This document shows positions 31,056 through 42,202 of a stretch of DNA of 64,000 nucleotides, in pieces. The position numbers and the translations under genes were made by a program. The first letter of the stretch is position 1. The number at the start of each line of letters is the position of its first letter. This DNA comes from Candidatus Deferrimicrobiaceae bacterium (lineage in GTDB: Bacteria; Desulfobacterota; Deferrimicrobia; Deferrimicrobiales; Deferrimicrobiaceae): NCBI GenBank assembly GCA_963792415.1, contig CAWBVY010000006.1, positions 384,001 through 448,000 on the forward strand, read 5' to 3'. Under the pieces are notes generated by a model that had not been told where the DNA came from, did no database searches, and worked only from the letters and a program-made list of their open reading frames with translations.

Positions 31056-33536
31056 TCACGCCAGCGTGCCGGCGATCTTCTCGATCATGAACGCCTCGAT
31101 ATGGTCGCCCACCTGGAGGTCGTTGTACCCGTCGATCCCGAGGCCGCACTCGTACCCCTCCGCGACCTCCTTGACGTCGTCCTTGAACCGCTTCAGGGAG
31201 GAGAGCTTCCCCTCGTACACGACCACGCTGTCCCGAAGGAGGCGGATGTTCGCGCCGCGGGCGATCTTTCCCGACAGGACGCTGCAGCCGGCGATCGTGC
31301 CGATCTTGGAGATGTGGAACATGTTGCGCACCTCGGCCCGGCCCAAAACGACCTCCTTGAGGGTGGGATCGAGGAGCCCCTCCATCGCCTTTTTCACGTC
31401 GTCCACAACGTCGTAGATGACGGAGTAGAGCCGGATGTCGACCCCCTCGCGCTCCGCGATGACGGCCGCCTTCGGTTCGGGCCGGACGTTGAACCCGATG
31501 ATCACGGCCGAGGAAGCGGAGGCGAGCATCACGTCGGACTCGGAGATCCCCCCGACGCCGGAGTGGATCACGGCTACCTTCACCTTCGCGTCGGCCAGTT
31601 TGTCGAGGGAGAAACGGAGCGCCTCCATCGACCCCTGGACGTCGGACTTGATCACGATGTTCAGTTCCTTCACCAACCCCTCGTCGATCTGCTTGTGCAG
31701 ATCCTCGAGGCTCATCCGCGGGCGCACCACGGCGCGCTCCCGCTCCTTCTCGCCCCGGTGGAGGGCGATCTGCCGGGCCGTCCGCTCATCCTTCAGGACG
31801 GCGAACTTCTGGCCGGCATCCGGCAGGCCGGACAGCCCCTGGATCTCGACGGGAGTCCCGGGAGGGGCCTCGTCGAGCCGCTTCCCCTTGTGGTTCATCA
31901 GCGAACGGACACGCCCATAGTGCATCCCGGTGACGATGGCGTCGCCCACCTTCAGCGTTCCATCGGCCACCAGGACGGTGGCGACGGGGCCACGCCCCCT
32001 CTCCAGCCGGGACTCGATGACCGTGCCGCGGGCGAACTTCGTCGGGTTCCCCTTGAGGTCGAGGACGTCCGCCTGCAGGAGGACGATTTCGAGGAGCTCG
32101 TTGATGCCCGTCTTCTTCTTCGCGGAGACGTTCGCGTAGAGCGTCTGCCCGCCCCACTCCTCGGGATTCAGGCCGTGGTCGGAGAGCTGCTGACGGATCC
32201 GGTCGGGCTGGGCGCCCGGCTTGTCGATCTTGTTCACGGCGACGACGATCGGCACCCCCGCCGCCTTGGCGTGGTCGATCGATTCCACCGTCTGCGGCAT
32301 CACGCCGTCGTCCGCCCCTACGACGAGAATGACGATATCGGTCACGGAGGCGCCCCGGGCGCGCATCGAGGTGAACGCCTCGTGGCCCGGCGTGTCGAGG
32401 AAGACCACCCGCCGGCCGTTATGCTCCACTTCGTAGGCCCCGATGTGCTGGGTGATCCCGCCCGCCTCCGACCCGGTGACGTTGCTCTCCCGGATGGCGT
32501 CGAGCAGCGTGGTCTTTCCGTGATCGACATGCCCCATGATGGTGACCACCGGTGGCCTCGGCTGGAGGTCTTCCGCGCGGTCCTCCTCCTGGTCGATCAA
32601 CCTCTCCACCTCGGGGGCGACGTTTTCCACGACGAAATCGTACTCCTGCGCGAGAAGCGCGGCGGTGTCGGCGTCGAGGAGCTGGTTGACGGTGGTGGGC
32701 ATCCCCAGCTCGATCAGCTTCTTGATGACATCGGCGGCCTTGACTCCCATGCGATGGGCCAGGTCCCCTACGGTCACGACCTCCTCGATCTTCAACAGCC
32801 GCTTGCTTGCCTTGGGCGGGACCGTCGACGGGGCCTTCTTCTCGCGTACGGGCCGTCCCCCCCTCCTCTTCGCGGCGCGGCCTGGCTGGAACTGCCGCAC
32901 CACGACCTCGGACGCGGGCGTGGCGCCCTCCGCCTTCTTCGCGTCGGCCTCCGGCTCGGCGAGGACTTCCTGGATGATCGTCTGCTTGAGCACCGCCTTC
33001 TGCACCTTCTTCTCGTGCGGTCTCGTCTTCTTCCACTTCTTTTCCTTCTCTTTCCGCACATCCTCCGGCTTGGGGGGGACGGCGGGCTTTTCGATCACCC
33101 GAACCGTCGGTTCCGGGATTGGCGGCTCGATCATCGGCTCGGCGGCCTTTTCCGGCGTCGGTCCCGCAGGGACTTCGGCGGCGACGACGGGCTCGGCGGC
33201 GGGCGGCGGCTCCCCGACGATCCCGGAAGGCGCGGGCGGCTCTTCGGCGGGCGGCTCGGGCGCGGGGGGCGGGGTCGGAGTCCCGCGGCGCAGGATCACA
33301 TTCTTGGAACGGCGCTCCAGCACCCCGTCGGAGCGGGTCAACGTGGTGGTGCGGGGCGGAGGCGGGGGCGGAGCGGGTTTCCGGAAGTGGGCCCTGACCC
33401 GGTCGATCATCTCCCCCTCGAGATTGCTGGACGCCGACTTCCCCTTGACACCGATCCTCTCTAGGAAGGCCAGGACCTCCTTGCTCGTTTCCATCCCGAG
33501 TTGCTTGGCCAGATCACGCACGCGAACCTTGTCCAT
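31056..33536 (-). CDS. infB: translation initiation factor IF-2
   Basis: [60 protein letters not shown]. Confidence 0.98.
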   Translation of the reverse strand: MDKVRVRDLAKQLGMETSKEVLAFLERIGVKGKSASSNLEGEMIDRVRAHFRKPAPPPPPPRTTTLTRSDGVLERRSKNVILRRGTPTPPPAPEPPAEEPPAPSGIVGEPPPAAEPVVAAEVPAGPTPEKAAEPMIEPPIPEPTVRVIEKPAVPPKPEDVRKEKEKKWKKTRPHEKKVQKAVLKQTIIQEVLAEPEADAKKAEGATPASEVVVRQFQPGRAAKRRGGRPVREKKAPSTVPPKASKRLLKIEEVVTVGDLAHRMGVKAADVIKKLIELGMPTTVNQLLDADTAALLAQEYDFVVENVAPEVERLIDQEEDRAEDLQPRPPVVTIMGHVDHGKTTLLDAIRESNVTGSEAGGITQHIGAYEVEHNGRRVVFLDTPGHEAFTSMRARGASVTDIVILVVGADDGVMPQTVESIDHAKAAGVPIVVAVNKIDKPGAQPDRIRQQLSDHGLNPEEWGGQTLYANVSAKKKTGINELLEIVLLQADVLDLKGNPTKFARGTVIESRLERGRGPVATVLVADGTLKVGDAIVTGMHYGRVRSLMNHKGKRLDEAPPGTPVEIQGLSGLPDAGQKFAVLKDERTARQIALHRGEKERERAVVRPRMSLEDLHKQIDEGLVKELNIVIKSDVQGSMEALRFSLDKLADAKVKVAVIHSGVGGISESDVMLASASSAVIIGFNVRPEPKAAVIAEREGVDIRLYSVIYDVVDDVKKAMEGLLDPTLKEVVLGRAEVRNMFHISKIGTIAGCSVLSGKIARGANIRLLRDSVVVYEGKLSSLKRFKDDVKEVAEGYECGLGIDGYNDLQVGDHIEAFMIEKIAGTLA

Positions 33537-33547
33537 CCACTCCCCCT

Positions 33548-33850
33548 CTACGTTTTCAACCCGTCCCGCCGCGATGCGGCCAGACGGTCCGCCAGTTCCT
33601 TGCCTGCGACGCCCATCTTCCAGCGGGCCCCGCCCTTCGGCGTTCGAATCCTCGCCGAGAACCGCTCGACGCACTCCCCGACGGGGCAGAGATAGATCCC
33701 CCGTCCCGGCAGCCTCCCCCCGGGATCGGGCGTCCAGCCCATTCCCGGTTTCCCCGCGATCCGGAGGAGCCCGCCCTTATCCTGGACGGCCCCGCACTGC
33801 ACGCAGGTGCGCTGCGGTCCCGGACCGCTACTCCTTGGGGGGCTCGGCAT
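33548..33850 (-). CDS. ylxR: YlxR/DUF448 RNA-binding protein
   Basis: [19 protein letters not shown]; located between nusA and infB; start approximate. Confidence 0.88.
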   Translation of the reverse strand: MPSPPRSSGPGPQRTCVQCGAVQDKGGLLRIAGKPGMGWTPDPGGRLPGRGIYLCPVGECVERFSARIRTPKGGARWKMGVAGKELADRLAASRRDGLKT

Positions 33851-35138
33851 CCTTCGGGGCAACGTCCAAACCTTCCTTCGCGCCCGCATCACTCGCAGCG
33901 CCGGGCGCTTCGGAGGGCAAGCCTTCCGCCGGAGGAGCTTCGGAGGGCTCGCCCTCCTTCGCCTCAACAACCGTGCCCGCCTCCGCTTCAACACCCGTTC
34001 CATCCGATGGAGGAGCTTCGGAGGGCTCGCCTTCGGGCGGCGGCACTTCCGAACCCGCGTCCTCCGGCTTCTTCGTGAACAGTCCCTCCGCCCGCTTCAG
34101 AGCGTCCTCAACCTGCCCCTCGGCCCGCACCTCGATGTGCCAGCCGACCAGCTTGGATGCGAGCTTCACGTTCTGCCCCCGCTTCCCGATGGCGAGAAGC
34201 AGCTGCTCCTCGGGGACGACCACTTCCATGCTCTTTCCGGACTCGTTTACCAGCACCCGGATGATCTCGGCCGGCTGAAGGGCGTTGCAGACGAACCGGG
34301 CGGGGTCCTCGTCCCATGCGATGATGTCGATCCGCTCCCCGCGAAGTTCCTGCACGACGCTCTGCACCCGGGACCCCTTCATGCCGACGCACGCGCCTAC
34401 GGGGTCGACGTCCCGGTCCCTGGAGCGCACGGCGATCTTGGTCCGGAATCCGGGCTCCCTCGCCACGCTGAGGATGGAGACCACCCCCTCGTAGACCTCG
34501 GGAACTTCCTGTTCGAAGAGCTTCAGGATCACCCTCGGGTCGGCCCGTGAAAGAAGAATCTCCGGCCCCCGGGAGGTCTTGGTGACGTCCTTGATGTAGG
34601 CCCGGATCCGGTCGCCCTGGCGGTACCGTTCGCGGGGAATCTGCTCCGACGGGGGCATGATCGCCTCGGTCTTCCCGAGATCGATGACGAGGCAGTCGCG
34701 CTCGTACCGCTGCACGATGCCGTTCAGGATCTCCCCCTTCCGGCCGATGAACTCGTTGTAGATGACCTCGCGCTCCGCATCCTTTACCTTCTGCATGATG
34801 ATCTGGCGCGCCGTCTGGGCGGCGATCCGCCCCAGGTCCTTCGTGCTCAGCCGCTCGCCGAGGCTGTCGCCCAACTGCGCCTCGGGGTCGAGGACCTGCG
34901 CCTCCTCGAGGGTCATCTGCGTGTCGGGGTCTACGACCGTCTCCGTCGCCGTGCGGAACGAGAGGATCTCGAACTCCCCGGTGTCGAAATCGTAGGTCGC
35001 CTCGAGAATCTTGTTCATCCCGTACTTCTTCCGGGCGGCGGTCTCGAGGGCTTCCTTGATCGCCGCTATGATGACGGCCTTGTCGATCCCTTTTTCCTTG
35101 CCCAGCTGGGCAATGATCTGTCCCACGTCCAGGATCAT
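33828..35138 (-). CDS. nusA: transcription termination factor NusA
   Basis: GRIAAQTARQ, AREPGFRTKIAV, DPVGACVGMKGSRV, AIGKRGQNVKLA; acidic Pro-rich tail. Confidence 0.98.
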   Translation of the reverse strand: MILDVGQIIAQLGKEKGIDKAVIIAAIKEALETAARKKYGMNKILEATYDFDTGEFEILSFRTATETVVDPDTQMTLEEAQVLDPEAQLGDSLGERLSTKDLGRIAAQTARQIIMQKVKDAEREVIYNEFIGRKGEILNGIVQRYERDCLVIDLGKTEAIMPPSEQIPRERYRQGDRIRAYIKDVTKTSRGPEILLSRADPRVILKLFEQEVPEVYEGVVSILSVAREPGFRTKIAVRSRDRDVDPVGACVGMKGSRVQSVVQELRGERIDIIAWDEDPARFVCNALQPAEIIRVLVNESGKSMEVVVPEEQLLLAIGKRGQNVKLASKLVGWHIEVRAEGQVEDALKRAEGLFTKKPEDAGSEVPPPEGEPSEAPPSDGTGVEAEAGTVVEAKEGEPSEAPPAEGLPSEAPGAASDAGAKEGLDVAPKDAEPPKE

Positions 35139-35617
35139 CGCGTTTTCTTTCCCTTCCCGAAGAGTTCTTCCTGCGTCACATCCAGGTTTGCCTTCCGGAT
35201 CTCCCCGTACGGCACCCGGTACGTCGTTCCGTCCGCCACCACCCCGATCCCCTCGCCGTCGCAGCCGGAGAGTTCTCCGACGAGGTGCCGCCGGCCCTCC
35301 CGCGGCGCCGCGAGGGTCACCCGGACCCGCTTCCCCAGGGACCGCTCGAAATGTTCCGGCCGCCGCAGCCGCCGGGTAACCCCCGGGGAGGAAACCTCGA
35401 GCACATAGGGGCCGTCCATGGGGTCGTCGACCTCGAGGATCGCGCCGAACCGGCGGCTGAACGCCGCGATGTCGGAAAGGGGAACCCCGCCCTCACGCTC
35501 CACGAATACCCGCAGGATGGTCCTCGGACCTTCCCGCACGATATCGACGTCGAACAGGGAAAGGGAGAGATCCCGGGCAACTTCCCCGGCCAGCGCCTCG
35601 ATCTTCAAGGTGTCCAT
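35135..35617 (-). CDS. rimP: ribosome maturation factor RimP
   Basis: LRVFVE, YVLEVSSPGVTRRL, IRKANL; first gene of nusA operon. Confidence 0.94.
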   Translation of the reverse strand: MDTLKIEALAGEVARDLSLSLFDVDIVREGPRTILRVFVEREGGVPLSDIAAFSRRFGAILEVDDPMDGPYVLEVSSPGVTRRLRRPEHFERSLGKRVRVTLAAPREGRRHLVGELSGCDGEGIGVVADGTTYRVPYGEIRKANLDVTQEELFGKGKKTR

Positions 35618-35632
35618 ATCCGCAGGAAAAGG

Positions 35633-35657
35633 AAAAAAAAAGTGGGCTCCAGCCCAC
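35633..35657 (-). promoter_or_regulatory. rimP leader attenuator hairpin
   Basis: GTGGGC-TGGA-GCCCAC plus 9 T immediately upstream of rimP, the widely conserved rimP-leader form. Confidence 0.8.
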
Positions 35658-35720
35658 AGATCCAAGCCCCAAACCCCATCATACTACAGGGAAACCGGCG
35701 TTCCCCACAACATATTTCTT

Positions 35721-36653
35721 TTACTCCCGCAGGAGGAGCGTCCCCCGGTAGTCGTCGAGGCGGAAGATCTTCTCCCGGACGAAAAAATCCCGGATCCCGT
35801 CGACGATCTCGATGCACGCGTTCGGGTTGCGGAAGTTCGCCGTCCCCACCTGCACCGCGGCGGCGCCCACCAGCAGGAACTCGAGCGCGTCCCCGGCGCT
35901 CTGGATCCCGCCGATACCGACCACCGGGATCTTCACCGCCTTGCACGCCTCCCACACCATCCGAAGCGCCACCGGCTTCACCGCAGGGCCGGACAGGCCT
36001 CCGGTCACGTTGGAAAGCATCGGCCGGCGCGTCCGGGGGTCCACCGCCATCCCGACGATGGTGTTGATGAGGGTCACCGCGTCGGCCCCCGCCTCCTCGG
36101 CCGCGCGCGCGATCGCGCCGATGTCCGACACGTTCGGAGACAGCTTCACCCACAACGGCTTTTCCGTGGCGGCACGCACCCGCCGGGTGAGTCCGGAAAG
36201 CCCCTCGGGGTTCGAACCGAAGGCGATCCCCCCCTCCTTCACGTTGGGGCAGGAGGCGTTCACCTCGATCGCCGCAAGCGCGGGGAGATCGGAGAGCCGA
36301 CGCGCCACAGCCTCGTACTCCTCGATCGTGCGTCCGTAGATGTTCGCGACGTACACGGCGCCTGCGTCTTCCAGACGCGGCGCCACATCGTTCACGAACC
36401 GTTCGACCCCGATATTCTGCAGGCCGATCGCGTTCAGCATCCCCGCGGGGGTCTCCACGATCCGCCCGGGGGGGTTGCCCGGCGTCGGGAGGAGGGACAG
36501 GCCCTTGACGATCACCGCCCCCAGTCGCGAGATGTCGTAGAACGGCACGAATTCCAGGCCGTATCCGAAAGTACCGGAGGCGCTCATCACCGGGTTCTTG
36601 AGGAGCACGCCCCCCACCCGCGTGGAGAGGTCGGGGACCACGGAGTGCGTCAC
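35721..36653 (-). CDS. pyrD: dihydroorotate dehydrogenase, class 1B catalytic subunit
   Basis: KNPVMSASGTFG, GMLNAIGLQN, EVNASCPNV, VKLSPNV, GGLSGPAVKP; GTGA overlap. Confidence 0.96.
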   Translation of the reverse strand: MTHSVVPDLSTRVGGVLLKNPVMSASGTFGYGLEFVPFYDISRLGAVIVKGLSLLPTPGNPPGRIVETPAGMLNAIGLQNIGVERFVNDVAPRLEDAGAVYVANIYGRTIEEYEAVARRLSDLPALAAIEVNASCPNVKEGGIAFGSNPEGLSGLTRRVRAATEKPLWVKLSPNVSDIGAIARAAEEAGADAVTLINTIVGMAVDPRTRRPMLSNVTGGLSGPAVKPVALRMVWEACKAVKIPVVGIGGIQSAGDALEFLLVGAAAVQVGTANFRNPNACIEIVDGIRDFFVREKIFRLDDYRGTLLLRE

Positions 36654-37468
36654 CAGACGACCTCCCTCGCGTCGAAGACCGGTCCTTCCCTGCAGATCCT
36701 TCGGTACCCGGACTTCTCGCCGTCCCGAATCGCCGTGACGCATCCCCAGCAGACGCCGAAACCGCACGCCATCGAACTTTCGAGGGACACCTGAACCCGG
36801 ATGTCGAGGGGGAGGGCGAGTTCCGCGACGGCCTTCAGCATCGCGTGGGGCCCGCACGCGAGGATCGAGACGCGCGCCGCCCCGGACGATTTCCGCCGGT
36901 CGATCCGCTCCCGGAGGGCCGCGGAGACGGTCCCGAAGAAACCCGCCGTCCCGTCGTCGGTGCACAGGTGCACCCGGCCCGGCACGGCCCCGCCGGGGAT
37001 CCACTCCGCCGGGGGAAGCTGGTCCCGGGACCGCGCTCCGAGGAAGATCTCGAAGTCGACCCGTTGCCCCTCGAGCGACACCGCTGCCGGGAAGACGCTG
37101 GAGAAGCCAACACCGCCTCCCACCAGCCACCAGGAACGTTCCTCGCCGGGGAACTCGAAACCGTGTCCGAGCGGAAGCGTGAGGGCGAGGGGATCGCCGG
37201 CGTGGAGGCCGGACAGGAGGGCCGTACCGCGTCCGACGACCTTGTACACGAACTCGACGGTCCCTTTTCCCCGAACGCCGCCGGAGCGGAAGATCGCAAG
37301 AGGCCGCGGCAGAAGCGGATCGTTCCCCGGCCACCCCGAGACCATCGCGAACTGGCCGGGTACGAAGTCGATCCGTTCCGGGACCGCCACCTCCATCCGG
37401 TAGAAGATGCCGCTCCCCGTGTTGTGAAGGATCTTTCCGTGGACGAACCGGGGGTTAACGTGCGGCAT
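36650..37468 (-). CDS. pyrK: dihydroorotate dehydrogenase electron-transfer subunit
   Basis: PGQFAMV, LPRPLAI, PLGHGF, ACGP, MACGFGVCWGC, ICREGPVF. Confidence 0.94.
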   Translation of the reverse strand: MPHVNPRFVHGKILHNTGSGIFYRMEVAVPERIDFVPGQFAMVSGWPGNDPLLPRPLAIFRSGGVRGKGTVEFVYKVVGRGTALLSGLHAGDPLALTLPLGHGFEFPGEERSWWLVGGGVGFSSVFPAAVSLEGQRVDFEIFLGARSRDQLPPAEWIPGGAVPGRVHLCTDDGTAGFFGTVSAALRERIDRRKSSGAARVSILACGPHAMLKAVAELALPLDIRVQVSLESSMACGFGVCWGCVTAIRDGEKSGYRRICREGPVFDAREVVW

Positions 37469-37913
37469 CGCTCTCCCGTACCTCCCGATCGAGAATGACG
37501 GCATCCTCTCCCGTGTCGGTGTAATACCCCTTCCGGATCCCCCGGAACGCGAACCCCATCGAGCGGTAAAGCCGGTGCGCGGCCTCGTTTCCGGCGCGCA
37601 CCTCCAGGAAGATCAGCGAAGCCCCCGCCAGCGCCGCGCGTCGGATGCACTCGGACAGGAGGGCCCGGCCGATCCCCTCCCTCTGCCGCGAGGGGTGCAC
37701 GGCGATGTTCAACAGGTGGGACTCCCCCGCGATGGTCCAGCAGACGGAGTATCCGAGGACCTCGTCCTCCGTCCCCGCCGCGACCAGGGTGTCGGAGAAT
37801 TCGCGCGGGAAATCCTCGAGGAACATCTCCCGGGACCACGGCGTCGGGAAGGAACCCTCCTCGATCGCCATCACGCCGTCGAGGTCCGACGGGACCATCT
37901 CCCGGATCCGCAC
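37455..37913 (-). CDS. rimI: ribosomal protein S18 alanine N-acetyltransferase
   Basis: FPTPWS, LLNIAVHP, LEVRAGN, LYRSMGF, RKGYY, EDA. Confidence 0.92.
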   Translation of the reverse strand: MRIREMVPSDLDGVMAIEEGSFPTPWSREMFLEDFPREFSDTLVAAGTEDEVLGYSVCWTIAGESHLLNIAVHPSRQREGIGRALLSECIRRAALAGASLIFLEVRAGNEAAHRLYRSMGFAFRGIRKGYYTDTGEDAVILDREVRESDAAR

Positions 37914-37922
37914 GTCGCCGCG

Positions 37923-38915
37923 CTACCAGCGGAGGAGCGTCGAGGCCCAGGTGAATCCGGATCCGAACGAGGCGAGGCAGACGATGTCCCCCTCCCGGAT
38001 CCGGCCCTGCTCGACGCACTCGTCGAGCGCGATCGGAATCGACGCCGCCGTGGTGTTCCCGAACCGCTCGACGTTGGAGAACACCTTTCCCTCGGGCAGC
38101 TGGAGGGCGGCCCCGACCGCCTGGGTAATGCGCATGTTCGCCTGGTGGGGAATGAGAAGGGAGAGGTCTTCCACGGTGAGGCCGTTCTTTTCGAGGGCCT
38201 CCCGGGTAACCTCGGGGAAGCGCCGGACCGCGTGGGTGAAGACGTACCGGCCGTTCATCTTCGGGAAATGTTTCCCGGCGTCGATCATCTCGTGGGTGAT
38301 CCAGGGGTTGTCGATGAAACTTGGCCCTTCGACCCACAGCTCCCTGGCGTATTTTCCCTCGGAATGGAGGTGGGAAGAGAGGATCCCCCTCCCCGGCTCC
38401 GCGGGGCCGACGACGACCGCCCCCGCGCCGTCCCCGAAAATCACGGCCACGTCGCGCCCTTTCGTGCTGAAGTCGAGCCCGGTGCTGTGCACCTCGGCGC
38501 CGATCACCAGGACGTGGTCGTGGAAACCGCCCTTGACGTACGCCTCCGCCACGGAGAGGCCGTAGACAAATCCGGTGCACTGGTCGCGGACGTCGAGGGC
38601 GCCCACGGTCCGCATCCCGAGCCGCTCCTGGACGAGGACGCCGTTCCCGGGGAAGACGTGATCCGGCGAGAGGGTGGCGAAGACGATCAGGTCGATTTCG
38701 TCCACCGCGATCCCGGAGTTCGCGATCGCCTTGCGCGCGGCTTCGGTGCCGAGGTGGGACGAGCCCGTCCCCGGATCGACGTACCTGCGCTCCCGGATCC
38801 CGGTGCGCTGGACGATCCACTCGTCCGACGTATCCATGAGACGTGTCAGTTCCTCGTTCTTCACCACGCGGGGGGGGAGAGCCCGCCCCGTGCCGAGGAT
38901 CCGCGCTCCGCGCAT
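37923..38915 (-). CDS. fabH: beta-ketoacyl-ACP synthase III
   Basis: DTSDEWIVQRTGIRERR, QCTGF, FGDGAGA, PHQAN, GNTTAAS, FGSGFTW. Confidence 0.93.
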   Translation of the reverse strand: MRGARILGTGRALPPRVVKNEELTRLMDTSDEWIVQRTGIRERRYVDPGTGSSHLGTEAARKAIANSGIAVDEIDLIVFATLSPDHVFPGNGVLVQERLGMRTVGALDVRDQCTGFVYGLSVAEAYVKGGFHDHVLVIGAEVHSTGLDFSTKGRDVAVIFGDGAGAVVVGPAEPGRGILSSHLHSEGKYARELWVEGPSFIDNPWITHEMIDAGKHFPKMNGRYVFTHAVRRFPEVTREALEKNGLTVEDLSLLIPHQANMRITQAVGAALQLPEGKVFSNVERFGNTTAASIPIALDECVEQGRIREGDIVCLASFGSGFTWASTLLRW

Positions 38916-38929
38916 TCCCGCACCCTCCG

Positions 38930-39469
38930 TCACAAGACCAGCACGGCCGCTGCCAGGACCGTGGTGTACTCGTCCTTGACGATCGCCGACTGCGTGAAGT
39001 TGAAGGAGCGGTAGATCTTCCCGCTGATCTTCCACACCTCCCGCTTCTCGTCCCAGCTCCTGTCCTCGTCGAACTCGACGCCGAGCGTCGACGCGAGCAT
39101 CGCCGCCGCCAGGTCCTCCGCGTAGTCCCCCGCCACCTTCTCGTTCTGCCCGAAGGCGTGGTGCTCGCTCAGGTATCCGTACACCGACCGGTCCGAGGGG
39201 AGCGCGCACCCGATGGAGGCGGCGACCAGCCGCCGCGGTTCGTCGCTGCAGCAGCGGCTCATGACCACGAAGACGATCTCGCCGGGGGCGAGGAGCGCGA
39301 GTCCCTCCTCCTTCTTCACGATCTTGCACTTCGGCGGGAAGATGCTCGACACCTGGACGAGGTTGAACTTCTGGATCCCGGCGTCCCTCAGGGCGAGCTC
39401 GAACGAGGTGAGCTGCTCGCGGTGGCGGCCGACCCCCTTGGTAAAGAAGATCTTCGTGGGAACGGGCAT
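38930..39469 (-). CDS. pyruvoyl-dependent arginine decarboxylase
   Basis: [22 protein letters not shown] (Ser-Ser self-cleavage site), [15 protein letters not shown]. Confidence 0.93.
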   Translation of the reverse strand: MPVPTKIFFTKGVGRHREQLTSFELALRDAGIQKFNLVQVSSIFPPKCKIVKKEEGLALLAPGEIVFVVMSRCCSDEPRRLVAASIGCALPSDRSVYGYLSEHHAFGQNEKVAGDYAEDLAAAMLASTLGVEFDEDRSWDEKREVWKISGKIYRSFNFTQSAIVKDEYTTVLAAAVLVL

Positions 39470-39482
39470 GCCCGGATTCTCC

Positions 39483-40373
39483 TTACTTCCCGGACTGGCG
39501 CGCGACGAGCCAGCCCATCAGGCGGTAGCAGAGGCGCGCAGCCAGGTAGTCCGGCGCCGCCATCCCCGCGATCGGGGCAAGTTCCATCACATCGAACCCG
39601 ACGATGTTCCGGTTGGAACGCATCACGTCCCGCAGGATGTCGATCCCCTCGAACCAGGAGAGCCCGCCGGGCTCGGGCGTGACGACGGCGGGCATGATCC
39701 CCGGGTCGAACACGTCAAGGTCGATCGAGATGTAGACGTTCTCCGAGAGGGAACTTACGACTCCCTTCGTGACGTCGGCCACGTTGTCCCGGACCTCGGA
39801 GGCGTAGAACGTCTTCACCTCCTCCGACTTTTTCAGGAAGCGGTCCTCCTCCTCGGACATGCTCCGGATGCCGACCTGGACGAGACGGGCCCCCGCCTCG
39901 ACGATCCGCCGGCCGACGCACGCGTGGTTGTGCGGCGTCCCGAGATACGAGTCACGAAGGTCCGTGTGGGCGTCGAACTGCAACACGGTCAGGTCTCCGT
40001 ACCGCTTCCGCAGGGCGACCACCGCCCCCACCGTTCCGGAATGCTCCCCGCCGAGCAGTACCGGGATCTTCCCGGCCCGCACCGTGGCCTTCACCCGCCG
40101 CTCGACTTCCTTCTGGGCCGCGACCGGCCCCGCCAGGGAGACCAGGACTTCCGTGGAGACGAAGATCCCGGCCCGGTACGGCTCGATCTTGTTCTCTTCG
40201 TCGAACAGCTCCATGTGGGAGGAGGCGTCGAGGATGGCGCGCGGGCCGTTCCGCGTTCCCGTCATGTACGACGTGGTCATGTCGACCGGGAACGGGATCA
40301 CGACGAAGGCCGCGGTCTTCCACGACGCGTACCTGCCGGATATCCCACCGAACGTGACGGAATATGGGATCAC
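39483..40373 (-). CDS. speB: agmatinase
   Basis: [50 protein letters not shown]. Confidence 0.93.
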   Translation of the reverse strand: MIPYSVTFGGISGRYASWKTAAFVVIPFPVDMTTSYMTGTRNGPRAILDASSHMELFDEENKIEPYRAGIFVSTEVLVSLAGPVAAQKEVERRVKATVRAGKIPVLLGGEHSGTVGAVVALRKRYGDLTVLQFDAHTDLRDSYLGTPHNHACVGRRIVEAGARLVQVGIRSMSEEEDRFLKKSEEVKTFYASEVRDNVADVTKGVVSSLSENVYISIDLDVFDPGIMPAVVTPEPGGLSWFEGIDILRDVMRSNRNIVGFDVMELAPIAGMAAPDYLAARLCYRLMGWLVARQSGK

Positions 40374-40425
40374 GGTGAAGACCTCCTGTGAAACGGTTGG
40401 GGTGAGGCGTGCCGTCCGGCAGATT

Positions 40426-42189
40426 CTACCCCGGCAGCGTTCCCCCGCACAATACCGGGTCCCCGGCCGGTCTCGCGTCCCTCAGCATAAGCTGCAGCGA
40501 ACGCGCGCCGCGATAGACGTTTTCCTGGACGCTGAAGAGCAGGTCCGAGCGGCCCGAGGCGGAGACGGGGATCTCCGTCCGGCGGAACGCCACGCCGGAA
40601 AGACGCCGCCCGTCCCCCTCCACCGCGAACCGGAGGTGTCGTCCCCCCGCCCCGATCCGCGAGATCGCCGCGACGCGAACGTCCGGCAGGAGGAACAGCG
40701 GCTCCTCGTTCCCGACGCCGAAGGGGCGCAAGCGGTCGAGATCGGAGAGAAGATCCGGGGTGATCTCGGCGACGCGAAGTTGCGCGTCGATCGACCAGCG
40801 CCGGACGAAGGGGGTCTCCCGCGCGTGGCGTTCGGCGATCCCCGCAAGGCCGTCGCGGAAGGCGTGGAGGTGCTCGAGGGAGAGGGCGAGGCCGGCCGCC
40901 TGCGCGTGTCCGCCGTAGCGAAGGAGAAGATGGGACAGGCTGGACAGCGCCGAAACGATGTGGAACCCCTCGACGCTGCGGCACGACCCCTTGGCCGCGC
41001 CGTCCTCCTCCTGAAGCAGCACGACCGGGCGGCCGTACCGCTCGAGGACCTTCGAGGCGACGATCCCGAGCACCCCGGCGTTCCAGTCGGGGTCCGACAG
41101 GACGATCGCCGGGGGGATCTCCCCCGCCGCCGCGAGGGCGGCTTCCACGGCGACGACGATCCGCTCCTCCTCCCGCTGCCGCAGCGCGTTGTCCTCGTTC
41201 AGTTCCCGGGCAAGGCGGGCGGCGGCGTCCCGGGATTCCGACACGAGGATCCGGGAACTGCGCGTCGCGTCCCCGACCCGGCCCGCGGCGTTCAGTCGCG
41301 GCCCGACCCGGAAACCGAGATCCGTCTCCGTCGCTGCGGCGTGCGGGACGCCCGACGCCTCGAACAGCGCTTCGATCCCCGGACAGGGCGACTTGCGGAT
41401 CTCCCGGAGCCCCTCCCGGACGAGGAGCCGGTTCCCCTCCCGGAGGGCCGCCATGTCGGCGACCGTGCCCAGGGCGACCAGATCGAGGTACGGCCGCAGC
41501 GGCGGCTCCGCCAGGAGCCCGAATCCCGCGATCTCCCGCACCGCCTTGCGCAGCGCGCACACGAGCAGGAAGGCGACCCCCACGCCCGCCATCTCCTTCC
41601 CGGGGAACAAGCATCCGGGCTGCATCGGGTTCACGATGGCGAACGCCTCCGGGACGGCTTCGCCCGGGAGGTGATGGTCCGTCACGATCACCTCGACCCC
41701 CTCCCGGACCGCCTCCCGAACGGCCGCGACATCGGAGATCCCGCAGTCGACGGTAACGACGAGGCGATACCCTTCCCGCGCGGCGGGGGCGAGGACGTGC
41801 GTCTGCAGACCGTAGCCGTCCTTGCGGCGGTCGTTCTGGTGGATCCGTACGGGGAGCTCGGGGAAGATCCGCTTCAGGAAGAGGTAGAGGCAGGCGGCGC
41901 CGGTGGCGCCGTCGGCGTCGTAGTCGGCGTAGATGAGCAACGGTTCCCCGCGCGACCCGGCGACCGCCAGCCGTCGCGCGGCCTTGTCGACATCCTTGAG
42001 GAGGGAAGGGTCGGGGAGATCGGAGAGTGTCCCGACGAGGAAGCGTTCGACGTCACGCCGTTCCACGACCCCGCGGTTGACGAGCACCTTGGACGCCGCG
42101 GGGACCAGGCCATGCCGGGTCGACAGATCCCGGACGGCGTCCGCATCGGGGGAGCGGAGGATCCACTCCCGCTTCGCTGCCCCTTTCAA
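40426..42189 (-). CDS. recJ: single-stranded-DNA exonuclease RecJ
   Basis: DYDADG, GYGL, TVDCG, TDHH, ALGTVADM, PRLNAAGR, GSCRS, GGHAQAAG, PFGVGN. Confidence 0.97.
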   Translation of the reverse strand: MKGAAKREWILRSPDADAVRDLSTRHGLVPAASKVLVNRGVVERRDVERFLVGTLSDLPDPSLLKDVDKAARRLAVAGSRGEPLLIYADYDADGATGAACLYLFLKRIFPELPVRIHQNDRRKDGYGLQTHVLAPAAREGYRLVVTVDCGISDVAAVREAVREGVEVIVTDHHLPGEAVPEAFAIVNPMQPGCLFPGKEMAGVGVAFLLVCALRKAVREIAGFGLLAEPPLRPYLDLVALGTVADMAALREGNRLLVREGLREIRKSPCPGIEALFEASGVPHAAATETDLGFRVGPRLNAAGRVGDATRSSRILVSESRDAAARLARELNEDNALRQREEERIVVAVEAALAAAGEIPPAIVLSDPDWNAGVLGIVASKVLERYGRPVVLLQEEDGAAKGSCRSVEGFHIVSALSSLSHLLLRYGGHAQAAGLALSLEHLHAFRDGLAGIAERHARETPFVRRWSIDAQLRVAEITPDLLSDLDRLRPFGVGNEEPLFLLPDVRVAAISRIGAGGRHLRFAVEGDGRRLSGVAFRRTEIPVSASGRSDLLFSVQENVYRGARSLQLMLRDARPAGDPVLCGGTLPG

Positions 42190-42202
42190 GCCCCCGCCCC
42201 GG

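Noticed and set aside
35633-35657. Strong terminator directly before rimP as a novel attenuator
   Set aside because: It has the form of the known rimP leader; listed as a feature.
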